A stretch of DNA of 64,000 bases from Octopus sinensis (lineage: Eukaryota). Where the stretch lies: contig NC_043005.1 of NCBI RefSeq assembly GCF_006345805.1, positions 10,788,001 through 10,852,000 of the forward strand. The letters are read 5' to 3'. Both the position numbers and the translations under genes were made by a program. Positions 11,035 to 24,621 of this stretch are shown piece by piece; position 1 is the first letter of the stretch, and each line of letters opens with the position of its first letter. The notes under the pieces were generated by a model. That model made no database searches, was not told the DNA's origin, and saw nothing but the letters and a program-made list of their open reading frames with translations.

Positions 11035-13716
11035 GTTAGTATGTATTGTTTTAATTTTTTGTTTAATTTTTTTTTTTCTCTTTTGTTTTGTTTTAACATA
11101 TCACAACATTCCTATAGAAATGGTTTACCTAGCTTACAAACACACACACACACACACACACACATGCTCACTCACAGATACATCTCAAATCTTTATTGAT
11201 TTTTGTTTGCTTTTTTCTTCAAGAGTTTCTGCATAAGCTATATGGATCCCTCTCTCCCAAGCCCTTCCCTACTGCTACCACATGTATATTCTAATAAATA
11301 GATTGATGCTTGTCATTTGTTATTTTTATTATTATCACGAAAACAAAACGTTAGAGATTTTCAATATATTTTCATTATGTTGGTATTGTGACAATAAAAG
11401 ATTTGTTATTGTGAAAAGAATATCAGAAATCATCGTCATCATCATTCCCCATACCTGGTCATAAATAATAAGACACGAAGAAAAGTTAGCTTTGTTGGTG
11501 ATAAATATATCTTTGTTTCACACACGCAAAGTCTGCTTCTTTACCTTTCATTTCAGGTTTTGGTATAGTTTTATTTTTTTTCTGTATTCACCTGAAATCA
11601 TGGGTGTTTATTTTATTTCAAAAATTTGTATAAGATTTATTCCTTCAAACACTCCCCCTCTCTCTCCCCTGTGAGGTAATTAAGTAAAAAGTTAGGAATA
11701 CCTAAACACTCATCCTGTATATCACCTTTTGGTGGAGGAATTCTTGTATGTTTTGTTCTGAATGCTGTGCAAAAGATTGGATTTTTTTTTTTGTAAGACT
11801 ATGTTGGTGTAGTTGTTTAGTTTTAGTTGGACCCCTAATTAAGTAAGCTATAATCAAAAACATTCCATCCACGACCATTCTGTTTTTTTTTTTACCTGAG
11901 AGCATGGTATGTGATCTGAGGGAAATCTCTTTGCTATCTCTAGCATGTTAAGTGACTATATGAAGTTTCCATTGTTGATTTGTTCACGGTGTGTGTGTGT
12001 GCCTCAGGAGGCAGTGATTTGTTTTGTTAAAAAATCATTCACATCTCTCCCTTAACTTAATGAAAAAAAACCATCAAAAGCTTTAATTTTTTAATTGTTC
12101 AGTTTGTTAACTAAATCAATGTTAAACTCTCGAAACCATCATACGAAGTTACATTTCCTTTGTTTTTTTTCTCTTCTTTTAGTATTAGTCATTTCATTTC
12201 TTTGTGTATATGTGTGTATTATTCACACACATGCGCACATATAACCATACGTGTGTGTGTGTGTGTGTGTATTACCTGCCTTATATTGCTGCTAGTAAAA
12301 TTTTTTTGTTGCTGCAATCTGCTAGGATTGTTAGAACACCAGGAAAATGCCTGGCGGTATTTCTGCTGGTTCTTTATTTCTGAGTTCTAGTCCTGTTCAG
12401 GTCAACTTTGCCAATTAACAAGGCCAATGGTATTTGTTTACCCTTCCCTTTAGAATTTTCTAACCTTGTGCCTAAATTAAAAGCTATTATATTAGTATTA
12501 TGCTGGTGGATTGGTAGAATTAGTAGTGTCAGAAAAAATTACAGCTCCTTTGTTACTATATTTTTGTTGAAATACACTCCCATTGCTTTAATTAATTTGG
12601 GGGGAAAAATGAAGAATACTGATGTTTAGAACATAAATTTATTCGAATTTTTTTTATAGAAGGTTTTATTTAGATTACTTTAAAACGAAGATTGCATCAC
12701 AGAACCTGGGTGGTGTCAGGTAGGTTGGTATCGAAAGAGTTAACGTTCCCTATGTATTTTTAAAGTCATTAGACGTTGCCTCAAGAAGACAGTCTAGTTT
12801 AACAGAACAGTATATATAGATAATATAATAATTATATTAACTTAAAACACCTTTTAGAATAATAGGTAAGCTTTAATGTTGATGTGACCTGTATACTGAT
12901 AGTATAGAGTTAAATATATTGTGAAGATCTAGATGGCTTGAACTAGGCAAAACTTGAAGTCCCAATCAACTTGATAATCAGTATATATTAATTCCTAGTT
13001 ATTAATTTCCCAAAGTGATCAAAAACATTCCAGTTTTGATCATCTTGCCTTTTTCTTTCAATGCAATCTTACCTGAACTATCCATTGTTTCTTTTTATTA
13101 GTTGCTTCTGTGTAGTTTGAGATTCAGCTGCTATTACTAATATGCAGAGTGGTCAGCTATTACTTTTCTACATTATACTATACATCTTTAAAATATTGTT
13201 GACAGTAGCTCATCTCACTAAAAAGCTTTTATAGCTGCAGTGGATAAGATAAAAGGGGAAAAAAAATAATTTCCTAAAGCATCAATGCATAGAACTGGAA
13301 GAATCATTAGAGTGTGTCAGAGCTTTGCAGTATTTGTTCTGGCTCTTTACATCCTGGGTTCAAACTCCACTGCCATCAACTTTGTCTTCCATCCTTCTGG
13401 GGTCAATAAAGTCAAGTAACAGTCAACTAATTCACCTTCCCTCAAAATTGCTGCTTGAGCCCTAATTAGAACCCATTTTCCATCTGTGTGTTGACACAGA
13501 AGGCATGTTGCAAAAGCATTCCAACCATAACTACCTCAACGTAGGACTACATTATCCAAAATTTGTTTCCGTTTCTTAAGATAGGTAGTGATTTTGAGGG
13601 ATATTTGGCTGTTATTTCTAGCATGTTGTGCAACCACAGAGAGGCACTCTGGCTTCTCTCAATACAGAATTGGTATCTGAAATAAGGATCATTCAGTAGC
13701 AAAGTAATGATAAAAA

Positions 13717-13718
<2 letters not shown>

Positions 13719-13810
<92 letters not shown>
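13719..13810. repeat. (TG)n/(AG)n microsatellite
   Basis: Directly visible; representative of dozens of (TA), (CA), (AG), (AAT) and (CAT) tracts across the window. Confidence 0.95.
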
Positions 13811-13811
<1 letters not shown>

Positions 13812-13909
13812 GGGAAGGTAAATTGTGTATATGTCAGTGAATACTTGCTGAAGTTAAATCTTTTATGGTTTTGATGTGTGTGTGTGTGTTTGAGTGTGTG
13901 AATACCTGC

Positions 13910-13941
<32 letters not shown>

Positions 13942-14090
13942 AGTGTGTGAATACCTGCTGTGTGTGTGTGTGTGTGTGTGTGTTCCTTATCTCTAGTTAT
14001 CATTTCTGGCAGTTATCAAATGCTTCAGTTTTCACTGTTAGTGATAGCTAGAAGTAGTATCATCAGTGCTGTGCCTTCCTTTAGGAATTT

Positions 14091-14124
<34 letters not shown>

Positions 14125-14451
14125 CTCACTACACCAACTCTCACTGCCTGAGTCACCAGCCTGTGAAGGCAATCTGAAGAATATACATACACACAAACAT
14201 ATGTTCATGTACATGTTTCTTTTCATATATATTGTGCCTATGAGTGTTGCTCTATGTGTTTGTCTATTTCTATGTGTGCATGTGTGTATATATATATATG
14301 TATGTATATGTGTGTGTGTGTGTGTGTGTGGTGTGTGTGTTCACATGTATACATATTGTATTTTGACTTTAGGAAAGTATCTTTTATAGAATATTGCCGT
14401 GTGTCTATGAGCGGTGCTCTATGTGTTTATCTATGTTTATGTGTGCATGTG

Positions 14452-14486
<35 letters not shown>

Positions 14487-14711
14487 ATGTATATATGTGT
14501 GTGTGTGTGTATGTATATATGTGTGTGTGTGTATGTATATATATATGTGTGTGTGTGTGTGTATGTATATATATATGTGTGTGTGTGTATGTATACATAT
14601 ATATATATGTGTGTATGTATGTGTATATATAGATATATATATGTGTGTGTGTGTGTATGTATGTGTATATATATATATATATATGTGTGTGTATGTATAT
14701 ATATGTGTATG

Positions 14712-14742
<31 letters not shown>

Positions 14743-15723
14743 TCACATGTATACACATTGTATTTTGACTTTAGGAACGTATCTTGTATAGCGTATTGCC
14801 GTATCTTTTGAATGTTAGGTGAGAAAATGCTTTAATGAAATATTTACAAAAGAACTTAAATTCATTTTCTCGCCCTCCCTACTTGTGGTGGTGGTCGTGG
14901 GTGGTGCTGAACATGTTTAGAGGCAGTGCTGGTGATGGTTCTGGTTGGCACTGATGTTTGTTGTGGCTGAATGGTTGCAGACACATGTATGTTTTTGTGT
15001 GGAAAGTATAGGGTGCTTGATGTTCAAAATTTTGTAACTATATTTTTACAATTATATTCGAAATCAGCGGAACTGAGCCAATGAAGGAACCTCTACAAGG
15101 TTACTTCATCTGCTGGAAATAACAGTTAAATCTCCTTCATATCACTCAGGCAGTGGATTGGCCAAAGCAAAATTTCTTTCCTATTTAGGAACAGTTGTTT
15201 ACATTCCAAGTCAAATATTTCTGAAGTCAACCTGTGTTTCATCTCCTGTTAAAGTACCAGTTAAATACTGGTGTTAATTTAAAATATTCCTATCATGCAT
15301 CCCAGTTGTGAATGTAACTATAATAGCTGAAGACCATACTTGTCTTAAAACAATGAAATAAAAGACAAGCAGATTAATGCAGTACTAGATAAGACTGTGT
15401 CTGAAATAAATGATGCTATGGTCATGGTTGGATGTCTTTGATCCTGAATTTAAATAAAAACTACAATCAACAGGATGATTTATCTTGTTTGTTGTTTTGC
15501 TTTGCTTCTCTTAAGAAAATTAGTAAATCTCAAGCTTAAGTTTTATTTCATAAGGTTTTGTCCCAGTTAGTTTAGTTCCAGTTAGTGCTGTAACATGGCA
15601 TTTTAAGAAACATTTTGTGAGAGTGTGTATGCACATGCTTACTGAATGATTGTAATGTGTGTGTGTGTGTCCATGTGCATTTTAGCTGTTTGTATCTGTG
15701 TGTACATTATGGTTGTGTTGTAT

Positions 15724-15933
15724 TACTCTTTACTCTTTTACTTGTTTCAGTCATTTGACTGCGGCCATGCTGGAGCACCGCCTTTAGTCGAGCAAATCGA
15801 CCCCGGGACTTATTCTTTGTAAGCCCAGTACTTATTCTATCAGTCTCTTTTGCCGAACCGCTAAGTGACGGGGACGTAAACACACCAGCATCGGTTGTCA
15901 AGCAATGCTAGGGGGACAAACACAGACACACAA

Positions 15934-15996
<63 letters not shown>

Positions 15997-16163
15997 TACG
16001 ACAGGCTTCTTTCAGTTTCCGTCTACCAAATCCACTCACATGGCATTGGTCGGCCCGGGGCTATAGCAGAAGACACTTGCCCAAGATGCCACGCAGTGGG
16101 ACTGAACCCGGAACCATGTGGTTGGTAAACAAGCTACTTACCACACAGCCACTCCTGCACCTA
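15724..16163 (-). mobile_element. SINE family A
   Basis: Full-length reverse-complement copy. Confidence 0.92.
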
Positions 16164-16616
16164 TGTTTGGATGTATGAATACATGGTGTTAATTAACTGA
16201 GAGCTAAACATCATGTTGATGTTTAGCTTCAGGTCTTTTTAGATTTCTCTTGGCCTGCGCAATACCAAATAGCGTCCTTCTCTTTTGTTTTTTTTTTCAA
16301 TGCAGTAAGATGTAATTTGAGGAAGATTTGGCTGCTGGTACTGTTTTTACAACTTGGGCAACCATGTTAAGAGGATCCATCATAGTACGTGTGTGTTACA
16401 TGCCTGTCAGTTTCCTGCATTGTGTCTCAGTTTAGATTTCCTCATGTCTGTCCATTTAATGCTTGTATCCACATTTTTCTTGTGGCTCTTATGTACCATG
16501 CCTTCTTCATATATTTTATTCCAAAATTTAAAAAAAAAATCCATTATTCTACTTGATGAAAGCTTCAAAGGAATTAACGATCATGGATTATTAGTGGAAA
16601 AAGAAAATGTGGCATT

Positions 16617-16995
16617 TCTCTTTTACTCTTTACTCTTTTACTTGTTTCAGTCATTTGACTGCGGCCATGCTGGAGCACAGCCTTTAGTCGAGCAAATCGA
16701 CCCCGGGACTTATTCTTTATAAGCCCAGTACTTATTCTAATGGTCCCTTTTGCCGAACCGCTAAGTGACGGGGACGTAAACACACCAGCATCGGCTGTCA
16801 AGCAATGCTAGGGGGACAAACACAGACACACATATACATATATACGACGGGCTTCTTTCAGTTTCCGTCTACCAAATCCACTCACAAGGCATTGGTCGGC
16901 CCGGGGCTATAGCAGAAGACACTTGCCCAAGATGCCACGCAGTGGGACTGAACCCGGAACCATGTGGTTGGTTAGCAAGCCACTCCTGCACCTAT
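16617..16995 (-). mobile_element. SINE family A (small deletion in head)
   Basis: Reverse-complement copy, tandem to 15724-16163. Confidence 0.9.
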
Positions 16996-18151
16996 GTTAG
17001 AATCAAAATGAAATAACATTGTTACTTGACTGTTTCTTATTTTATTGATACCAGAAGGCTTGATGGCAAAATATGCTGTAGTAGGAAGGATTTGAGCTCT
17101 GAATGTAAAAGGATGAAAGCAAATCTGCTATGCATTTTGTTCTCTTCTGTACCTATATCCTGAACTTTGTTCATTGGTGTAAGCTACTCCTTGGCTCATT
17201 CATGATCAACCAACTCCACAGTTATGGTTGCTTGACCTGTAAGAATAATAAAGAATGCTTCCTGAAGTCCTGCTCTATTATCTTATAAACGGAAGGGCAC
17301 TTTGGACAACTGTAGTACTTGATAGTTTAACTAAAGAAAAATTGGTGATGGACAGAAATATTGTCTGCTCGATCAGGGCTGACCAGGGTTAAACAGCTGT
17401 ATATTTTAAAGTAACCTTGGATCATTGCAGTTGCACAACTTATTTTTCAACTTTTGTTTACAGTTTCAGTTATTGTTTAGCCTCAAGTTGGTTGTAATTA
17501 AGCAGACCCTATGATCAAAAGCACTCAAACAATAGCCATTCCGTCTTATTTTCGGAATGTACACAATGCAATTATACCATCCGCCTATCAATTTTTCAAG
17601 GTATTAGGTATGGCCTGAAGGAAATTTGGCTGTTGTTTCTATGAAGGCATATCACCTTCATAGAAGGTTTTTTTTTTTTTGTTGGCATGTTTTAGTTTCT
17701 TTTTACTGAAGTAACAATGTTGTTTTTTTTAAAAATTAGACAGTTATTTCATCCATCACATTTTTTGAATGACTTAGTTCATTTACAGTGTGTGATTTCA
17801 AATTTATTATGCAGAATATCCCTTGTGTATGTATGTGTGTGTGTGTATGTGTGTGTGTGTGTGTAAATGTATTTATGTTTCTGTGTATTCTTCAGGATTC
17901 CAATTTTTACTGTGTTCGGAAACATTTTAGCGACTCAATGAGTTTTGCTTCTAGATTTGTATGGAGTCAAACAGTTGGTTCTGTTTGATAACATATTAAC
18001 ATGTATGAGGGATATTTTATAGAGATGAGAGCTATATTATGTTAAAGGAGGTACCCATTGAAATGGTGCTGTGTGTATGTACATCTATGCCTGTGCGTAT
18101 GTATGTATGTATGTATCTATCTATTTATCTATTTATGTATATATATATATG

Positions 18152-18216
<65 letters not shown>

Positions 18217-18219
<3 letters not shown>

Positions 18220-18505
18220 GAGGCGCAATGGCCTAGTGGTTAGGGCAGCGGACTCGCGGTCGCAGGATCGCAGTTTCAATTCCCAGACCGGACGTTGTGA
18301 GTGTTTATTGAGCGAAAACACCTAAAAGCTCCACGAGGCTCCGGCAGGGGATGGTGGCGAACCCTGCTGTACTCTTTCACCACTCTTTCTTCTGTTGGCC
18401 TCCTCGCTTAGCCAGCGGGGTGGCGTCATTCGAAGGCTAAAACAATGCGAACGCATTGTGACCAGTGATGTGTAACTACATCTGATGGACTGGTCGGTCA
18501 CATGA
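18217..18505 (+). mobile_element. tRNA-head SINE family D (body 1 + tail X)
   Basis: A box TGGCCTAGTGG and B box GTTTCAATTCC; head/body shared with 29452, tail shared with 26336. Confidence 0.85.
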
Positions 18506-19355
18506 TATATATATATATATATATATACATAGATATTTACAGACATATGTATGCATAGTGTAAGGTATTTATATTTTCAGGTTGCAATATATATATATGT
18601 TTATATGGAAATCTTTTATGGTGGCAGAAGGTTGTATAGATGTAGTGTACTTTTTTTATAAAATAAAAATAACTAGATTATGTCATCTTCGGTATGTTTT
18701 TCTTTTCAATTTGTTTTTAACAGATTACAACTACTGCTACTACTGTTGCCACTGCTGCTTCTAGGTTTTGTTTCTTATAGATTGTTTCAGCTGCTTGCTT
18801 GTTAATTACATTTTTCTTTTTGTTTTTTGTTTTTTTTTGTTTGTCATATATGGGGTCAAGGGATTAAAAAAAAAAAAAAATCAATTGAAGTTAATTACAG
18901 AAACAATAGAGGGTGCCTGAGTATTTTAATGATTTTGTCTTCAAACCAAGAATTAGCTGCCACAGCAACTTTTATGATGCTGCACACTTGAAATTACTAA
19001 CTCCAAGGGAAATCAATGGAAACGAGTATCCTCTTCCCCCCATCATTTCTCCCCCTATTATAACAGATGGTTATTAAGATTTCCCAGGAACAATAGACCT
19101 ATATTATTAGTCGTTCTCTCTCTCTCTTATTCTCTTTGTTGTTTCCTCTGTCTGTTTACTCTCTCTCTCTCTCTCTTTGTTCTCTTTCTCTCTCTCCTCT
19201 CTCTCTCTCTCCTCTCTCTCTTCCTCTCTCTATCCCTCTCTATCCATCCAATGCTGTAATGTAATGAGCACAATATTTAACATTCCTGTAGTTTACATAA
19301 TTAATTATTTAAGCAACTTTAGGCTTCAAAACAGCTAATGCTTATAGATAGATAG

Positions 19356-19577
19356 ATTTCTTTATTGCCCACAAGGGGCTAAATATAAAGGGGACAGACA
19401 TAGGGATTAAGTCGATTACATCGACTCCAGTGCGTAACTGGTACTTAATTTATCGACCCCGAAAGGATGAAAGGCAAAGTCGACCTCGGCGGAATTTGAA
19501 CTCACAATGTAACGGCAGACGAAATACGGCTACGCATTTCGCCCGGCGTGCTAACGTTTCTGCCAGCTCGCCGCCTT
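19356..19577 (-). mobile_element. SINE family C, young copy inserted in (AGAT)n
   Basis: Reverse complement of GGCGGCGAGCTGGCAGAAACGTTAGC...GAGTTCAAATTCC...GCCTTTCATCCTTTCGGGGTCGATAAATTAAGTACC; CpGs retained. Confidence 0.88.
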
Positions 19578-19857
19578 AGATAGATCGATAGATAGATAGA
19601 TAGATAAGATGAGGATGAGGATAATTTAAAACACTTATGCAAAATAAATTCTCTACAACCCAATCTTTTGTTGCACACTCGTTAAGTTAATTTCTCTTCA
19701 AGTGTTTGAGTTTGTTTATCATGTTAATATCATCTTTCTCTTGTTACTGGTCATCAAGTTATGTTAACCTTACTATTCAACAGAGAGACTGCAATTTATT
19801 GTAACATATAGGTCTTATCTTGTTAGAAATAGCAGTCGAATCTCCTATCATTTAAAT

Positions 19858-20086
19858 TTAACCCTTTAGTGTTCGCATTATTCTGCCAAAATTAATCCTT
19901 TTTCATCCACATTGTTTTTAACTAATCATGCATTATCTTCTAACTATGAAATTTTGATGAGGTAGCTGTTAATTTTTAAAACGATATTGTAGGGCTGGTG
20001 TGAGAGACCAGATCTGGCCAGTTTGAACATAAAATCGGCAGAATACTTTTGGCCGGATATGGCCGGTCTAAATGCTAAAGGGTTAA
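19858..20086 (+). mobile_element. piggyBac-type MITE family B
   Basis: TTAA-CCCTTTAG...CTAAAGGG-TTAA; ~225 bp, non-coding. Confidence 0.85.
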
Positions 20087-21650
20087 AAAGAAAAAAAAAT
20101 TGAATAATGTAGTTCTAAATACCTTTTAAAAAATTAAAATTGTTGCAGGTAGAATGCATCTGATCATCGGCCTGCTAGATTAGAGTTAAACTGCAGTTAA
20201 ATAACACTGCTTCACTTGCAAGGGCTGTTAGTTTAACATAATATTCTTTCGTTCTTTTACTGGTTTTAATATTTGACTGTAGCCATGCTGGAGCACCTTA
20301 TTAGAGGGTCTTTACGCAATTAGTGAGCAGTAGCTATGTTGATAACATGTTTCCAACAAATCAGTCATTGCTTTATTGCATTTACTTTGGTGAGAGTGAT
20401 AAGGGAGTGTGTGAACAACACAGGCAGAACAAATACATCTCAGTATTTTAGTCTGAAATCACCTCTTACCGTTTTCTCTCATTCATGTTTATGTCTTCTG
20501 CTGATATAACAACAAAACACACACGCACATTACACACATTTATGATGAGCTTTCACACTGTTTCCATTTATAGAATTCCTCTTGCAAAGATTTTGTTGAT
20601 CCAAGACACTACTTGCATAAGGTGTGCACAGTGGATTGAAACCAAACCTCATAGCCTTGTCTGTACCCAATACTTGTACACTGGTGCGTAATTTGAAAGG
20701 TAAAAGTTGACCACGGGATTCTTTTATGCGCTCCAGCCCAAAGGCTGTGGCCATACTGGGCAATCACCATTAAAATAAGCTTACTAAATAGTGAAGTTTG
20801 GTTGGGCTTGTCTGGGATATTGGATTGTTTTAAATTTTCATGCCGTCTTTGTTATTAAAAATTGGAACTGTCATCAAAGTAACACATATAAGCCAATAAG
20901 TTTACTGCACCTGTAAGCTAAACAATGTTTTGTATATAGCTCTAAGTTGCAGTTTCTCTAGAATGGTGAGGTTAGACTGATCCTAATGATGGTTAACCAG
21001 AACTATGTCATTTTTATGAGAATTTTTGGGATGTACCCCACAACCAAAACTATGTCATTTTTATGAGAATTTTTGGGATGTACCCCACTCCACCACTATG
21101 ATTCATTCCACAGCAAGACTATATGTGTTTTTAATATATATATATATATAAATATAAAAATATTTTGTCATATACTGAATTGTTTATAATCCTAAGGACT
21201 ATTTTATCTTTTGAATTATCATTTTATTAATCGTAACTAAGCTGGTGTTTTGATACATGCATGGAGCAATGCAAGCATGCACAGACAGATTCATGCTTTC
21301 TTGTGTGTGTATGTGATTAATATATATATATATATATATATATACATACACACACAAACACAAACATACTCACATATATACATGTGTGTGTATATGTATA
21401 TGTATACATACATATACACACATATACATATATGTGTGTGTATATATATGTACACACATGCACACATGAATATATACACACACGCACACATGAATATACA
21501 CACACACATACATATGCCCACATACTAATATATGCATATACACATACATACATATATTATTTGCAAAGTTTGGAATATTTTTTTCCTTTGTTTGCTTTTA
21601 TTCTTCATTTTGTTTACTTTTCCAGTCTTGTGAGGTACCCTGGTTTTTTC

Positions 21651-21690
<40 letters not shown>

Positions 21691-23368
21691 CTCCTCTATC
21701 TATCTCTCTCTCTCTCTTTCTACTGGACCCTTCCATTTTATCATGACTTTTTCTTTTTTACCATTCATGTCACCTCCTCCAGCCCAGAGAAATAAAAGTG
21801 AGTACTTAAACTGCCATTGTTTTCTGCTTTAGACTCAGTTCTGTTCTGGGTCACTCTGTCCACTGTTACTACTACTACTACTACTACTTATAACACCACC
21901 ATCACCACCACTTCTTTTCAAGTCCACAGGTGGTCCTCCATTTCATGTCTTTATCACAGCCCTATTACTACTGCTGCTGCTATTTGCTATTGACCACTGT
22001 CTTTGTGGTTCTTTTGTTCTTAAACATCTGCCTATTTGCTGTATACTGCCACCATCTTTTAATTTTCCATCTTCTCTGTTAATGTTTCTTCATATTTCAT
22101 CAAACTCTCAGCACAAATGCAGCCCAGCATGACTTACAATACACCTTTTATATATATATATATCTCCATCTCCAGACAGTTTTTGTTTTCATTTTTATTA
22201 AATTCTTTTCAGTTCCACCAGGAACTAAAGCTAAAGCCAGCACCACTGATCCTTCCACACATAATAATCAGAAAGCTTTCTTCTTATTATATCTGACACA
22301 TACTACAAAATGCCAGTACATATGAATTCCACAGATCTACTTATTATCACTAAATCCCATTTCTTATCTTTTGTTTTCCTAAAGCTATACTGGATATAAA
22401 TGGACACAAAATGATGATGATGGATGGATATCATAATTAGATTAGTCTTCTGTAGATATACTTTGGGAAGACTTAGTTACAGATGTAGAATGAAAAGAAG
22501 TTTCACCTTTTTGATCAAAAGACCATCTTTTAAATGCTTACATTTCTATCAATTTTATAGAGAAACTTTTTACTGAATCATGTTCCAGACACCCATGTTA
22601 TATATTGGAACAGTTATTTTACTGTTGAACACATGGATAATATATTTTAGGGGTATCTTCTTAAAATATTAAGATATTTGATGAAGTATTGTTGATGTAA
22701 GACTTAGGATTAAAACTGCAGGATTAAGTTTCTATTTATTTGTTCAAAATATCTTTTCCTTCAACAAAAAGGTTCACATTGTGATCATTGTTATAACAAT
22801 CTTCACATTGTGTGAGTTGATGCCTTCTAGATTTCTCTTTTTCTTTAAGGTAATCATTATGTCACAGCAGACATCATAGTATCACCTTCCAAGCCAGATT
22901 GTGTTTGGCCAAAGGTTTTATTTCTACTGAATAGTTACTGTGAAGTAGCTATTTCATTAAGAAATGTAAATGCTGTTTGCAATATTAGGCAGTTCTCAAA
23001 AGAGAAAAAAAAATTCTTCTTTTCCTCTGTCCATGATTCAGTCACCTTACTGTTCATAATGATGGTTGTCATTTGCTTGCAGTTTCCCCGTAAATATATG
23101 AAGTGTGACACAATCTTTGTTAGCAAAAGGCTTATTTAAAGAGTGTTGTTTGTTTCCAGTTATCCACATAACTGCATCCAAGCAGTGTGTTGTTTGATAG
23201 ACTGGGAGATTACCATACTTGGAAACAAGTGAAGCTTTGTACCAAGGAAGTCATCCAGCTATCTGCTTCAACCTACTCTCATCTGAAACATGTAAAGCAG
23301 ATGTTAAAACTTATGATCGTGTATGTGTGTGTAATAAAGTATATGAATAAATAAATATAGATAGATAG

Positions 23369-23538
23369 ACGCAGGAGTGGCTGTGTGGTTAGTAGCTTGC
23401 TAACCAACCACATGGTTCCAGGTTCAGTCCCACTGCGTGGCATCTTGGGCAAGTGTCTTCTGCTATAGCCCCAGGCCGACCAATGCCTTGTGAGTGGATT
23501 TGGTAGACGGAAACTGAAAGAAGCCTGTCATATATATG

Positions 23539-23569
<31 letters not shown>

Positions 23570-23773
23570 ATGTGTGTTTGTCCCCCTAGCCTTGCTTGAC
23601 AACCGATGCTGGTGTGTTTACGTCCCTGTCACTTAGCGGTTCAGCAAAAAGAGACCGATAGAATAAGTACTGGGCTTACAAAGAATAAATCCCGGGGTCG
23701 ATTTGCTCGACTAAAGGCGGTGCTCCAGCATGGCCGCTGTCAAATGACTGAAACAAGTAAAAGAGTAAAGAGA
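23369..23773 (+). mobile_element. SINE family A
   Basis: Full-length copy. Confidence 0.92.
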
Positions 23774-23942
23774 GATATGAGGTCAGCTTCAACTTTCATC
23801 CTTCCAGAGTTAATAAACGAAGTACTAGATCAGGTCAGTGTTTTGGGCTAATTGTCATAGAGCAGCAGATGAAGAATTTTGCTGTATCTGTTCCAGCTCT
23901 TGGCATTGTGGGTTCAAATTCTACCTAGACATTCAAATACCT

Positions 23943-24172
23943 TTAACGCTTTTGATACCAACCTGGCCAAAACCGGCTCTGGCTCTGTAGTACGGATTTC
24001 TTACTTTCATAAGTATTGAATTAAAATCTTCCACCAAACCTTAGTCACAGTTTATGTTCCCAACACTAGCTTAATGATAACCAAGTTCTTTTATTAAAGT
24101 CTTTGTTATATTTAAAATTAATTGAATGAAACACAGAGCATCTCAAAATAAATACGGTAACGAAAGGGTTAA
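23943..24172 (-). mobile_element. piggyBac-type MITE family A
   Basis: TTAA flanks; reverse complement of 43926-44155. Confidence 0.85.
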
Positions 24173-24393
24173 TGACCATTCTCTTCCTGAGAGATGTCAT
24201 GCTAGGCTGCAGCCTCAGCATCTCTTTACAATTGAGCATGCTTCCCATCAGCTCAGAGTAGCTGTACCGTGGTTACAGGGACTTCCAAACTTGCTTGTGA
24301 TTGGGCACTGTGTTTCAGAAACCTTGGAAGCATCTTTGACAGCAAGCAAAGTATTACTGATGCATATAAGTCATGTCTCCACTAACTGGGGAT

Positions 24394-24621
24394 TTAACCC
24401 TTTAGTGTTTAAACCGGCCATATCCGGCCCAAATATTCTACATGTTTTATATTCAAACTAGCCAGATCTAGCCTCTCACACCTAACCTACATTGACATTC
24501 TAAAAATAAACTATCAAGTCATTGAAACCTCAGAGCTATAATATAATAAATGATTAATTCAAAACAATTTGAGTGAAAAAGTATTACATTTAACAGAGTA
24601 ATCTGAACATTAAAGGGTTAA
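24394..24621 (-). mobile_element. piggyBac-type MITE family B
   Basis: TTAA-CCCTTTAG...TAAAGGG-TTAA; reverse complement of 28771-28997. Confidence 0.85.

Noticed and set aside
18217-18290. tRNA genes at SINE heads (also 26336, 29452 and family A)
   Set aside because: A/B boxes are present but no convincing cloverleaf was seen, and each continues into SINE body sequence.
21930-22135. Hydrophobic frame GGPPFHVFITALLLLLLFAI after CCACAG
   Set aside because: Hydrophobicity comes from (CTA/CTG) repeats in a pyrimidine-rich tract; no donor.
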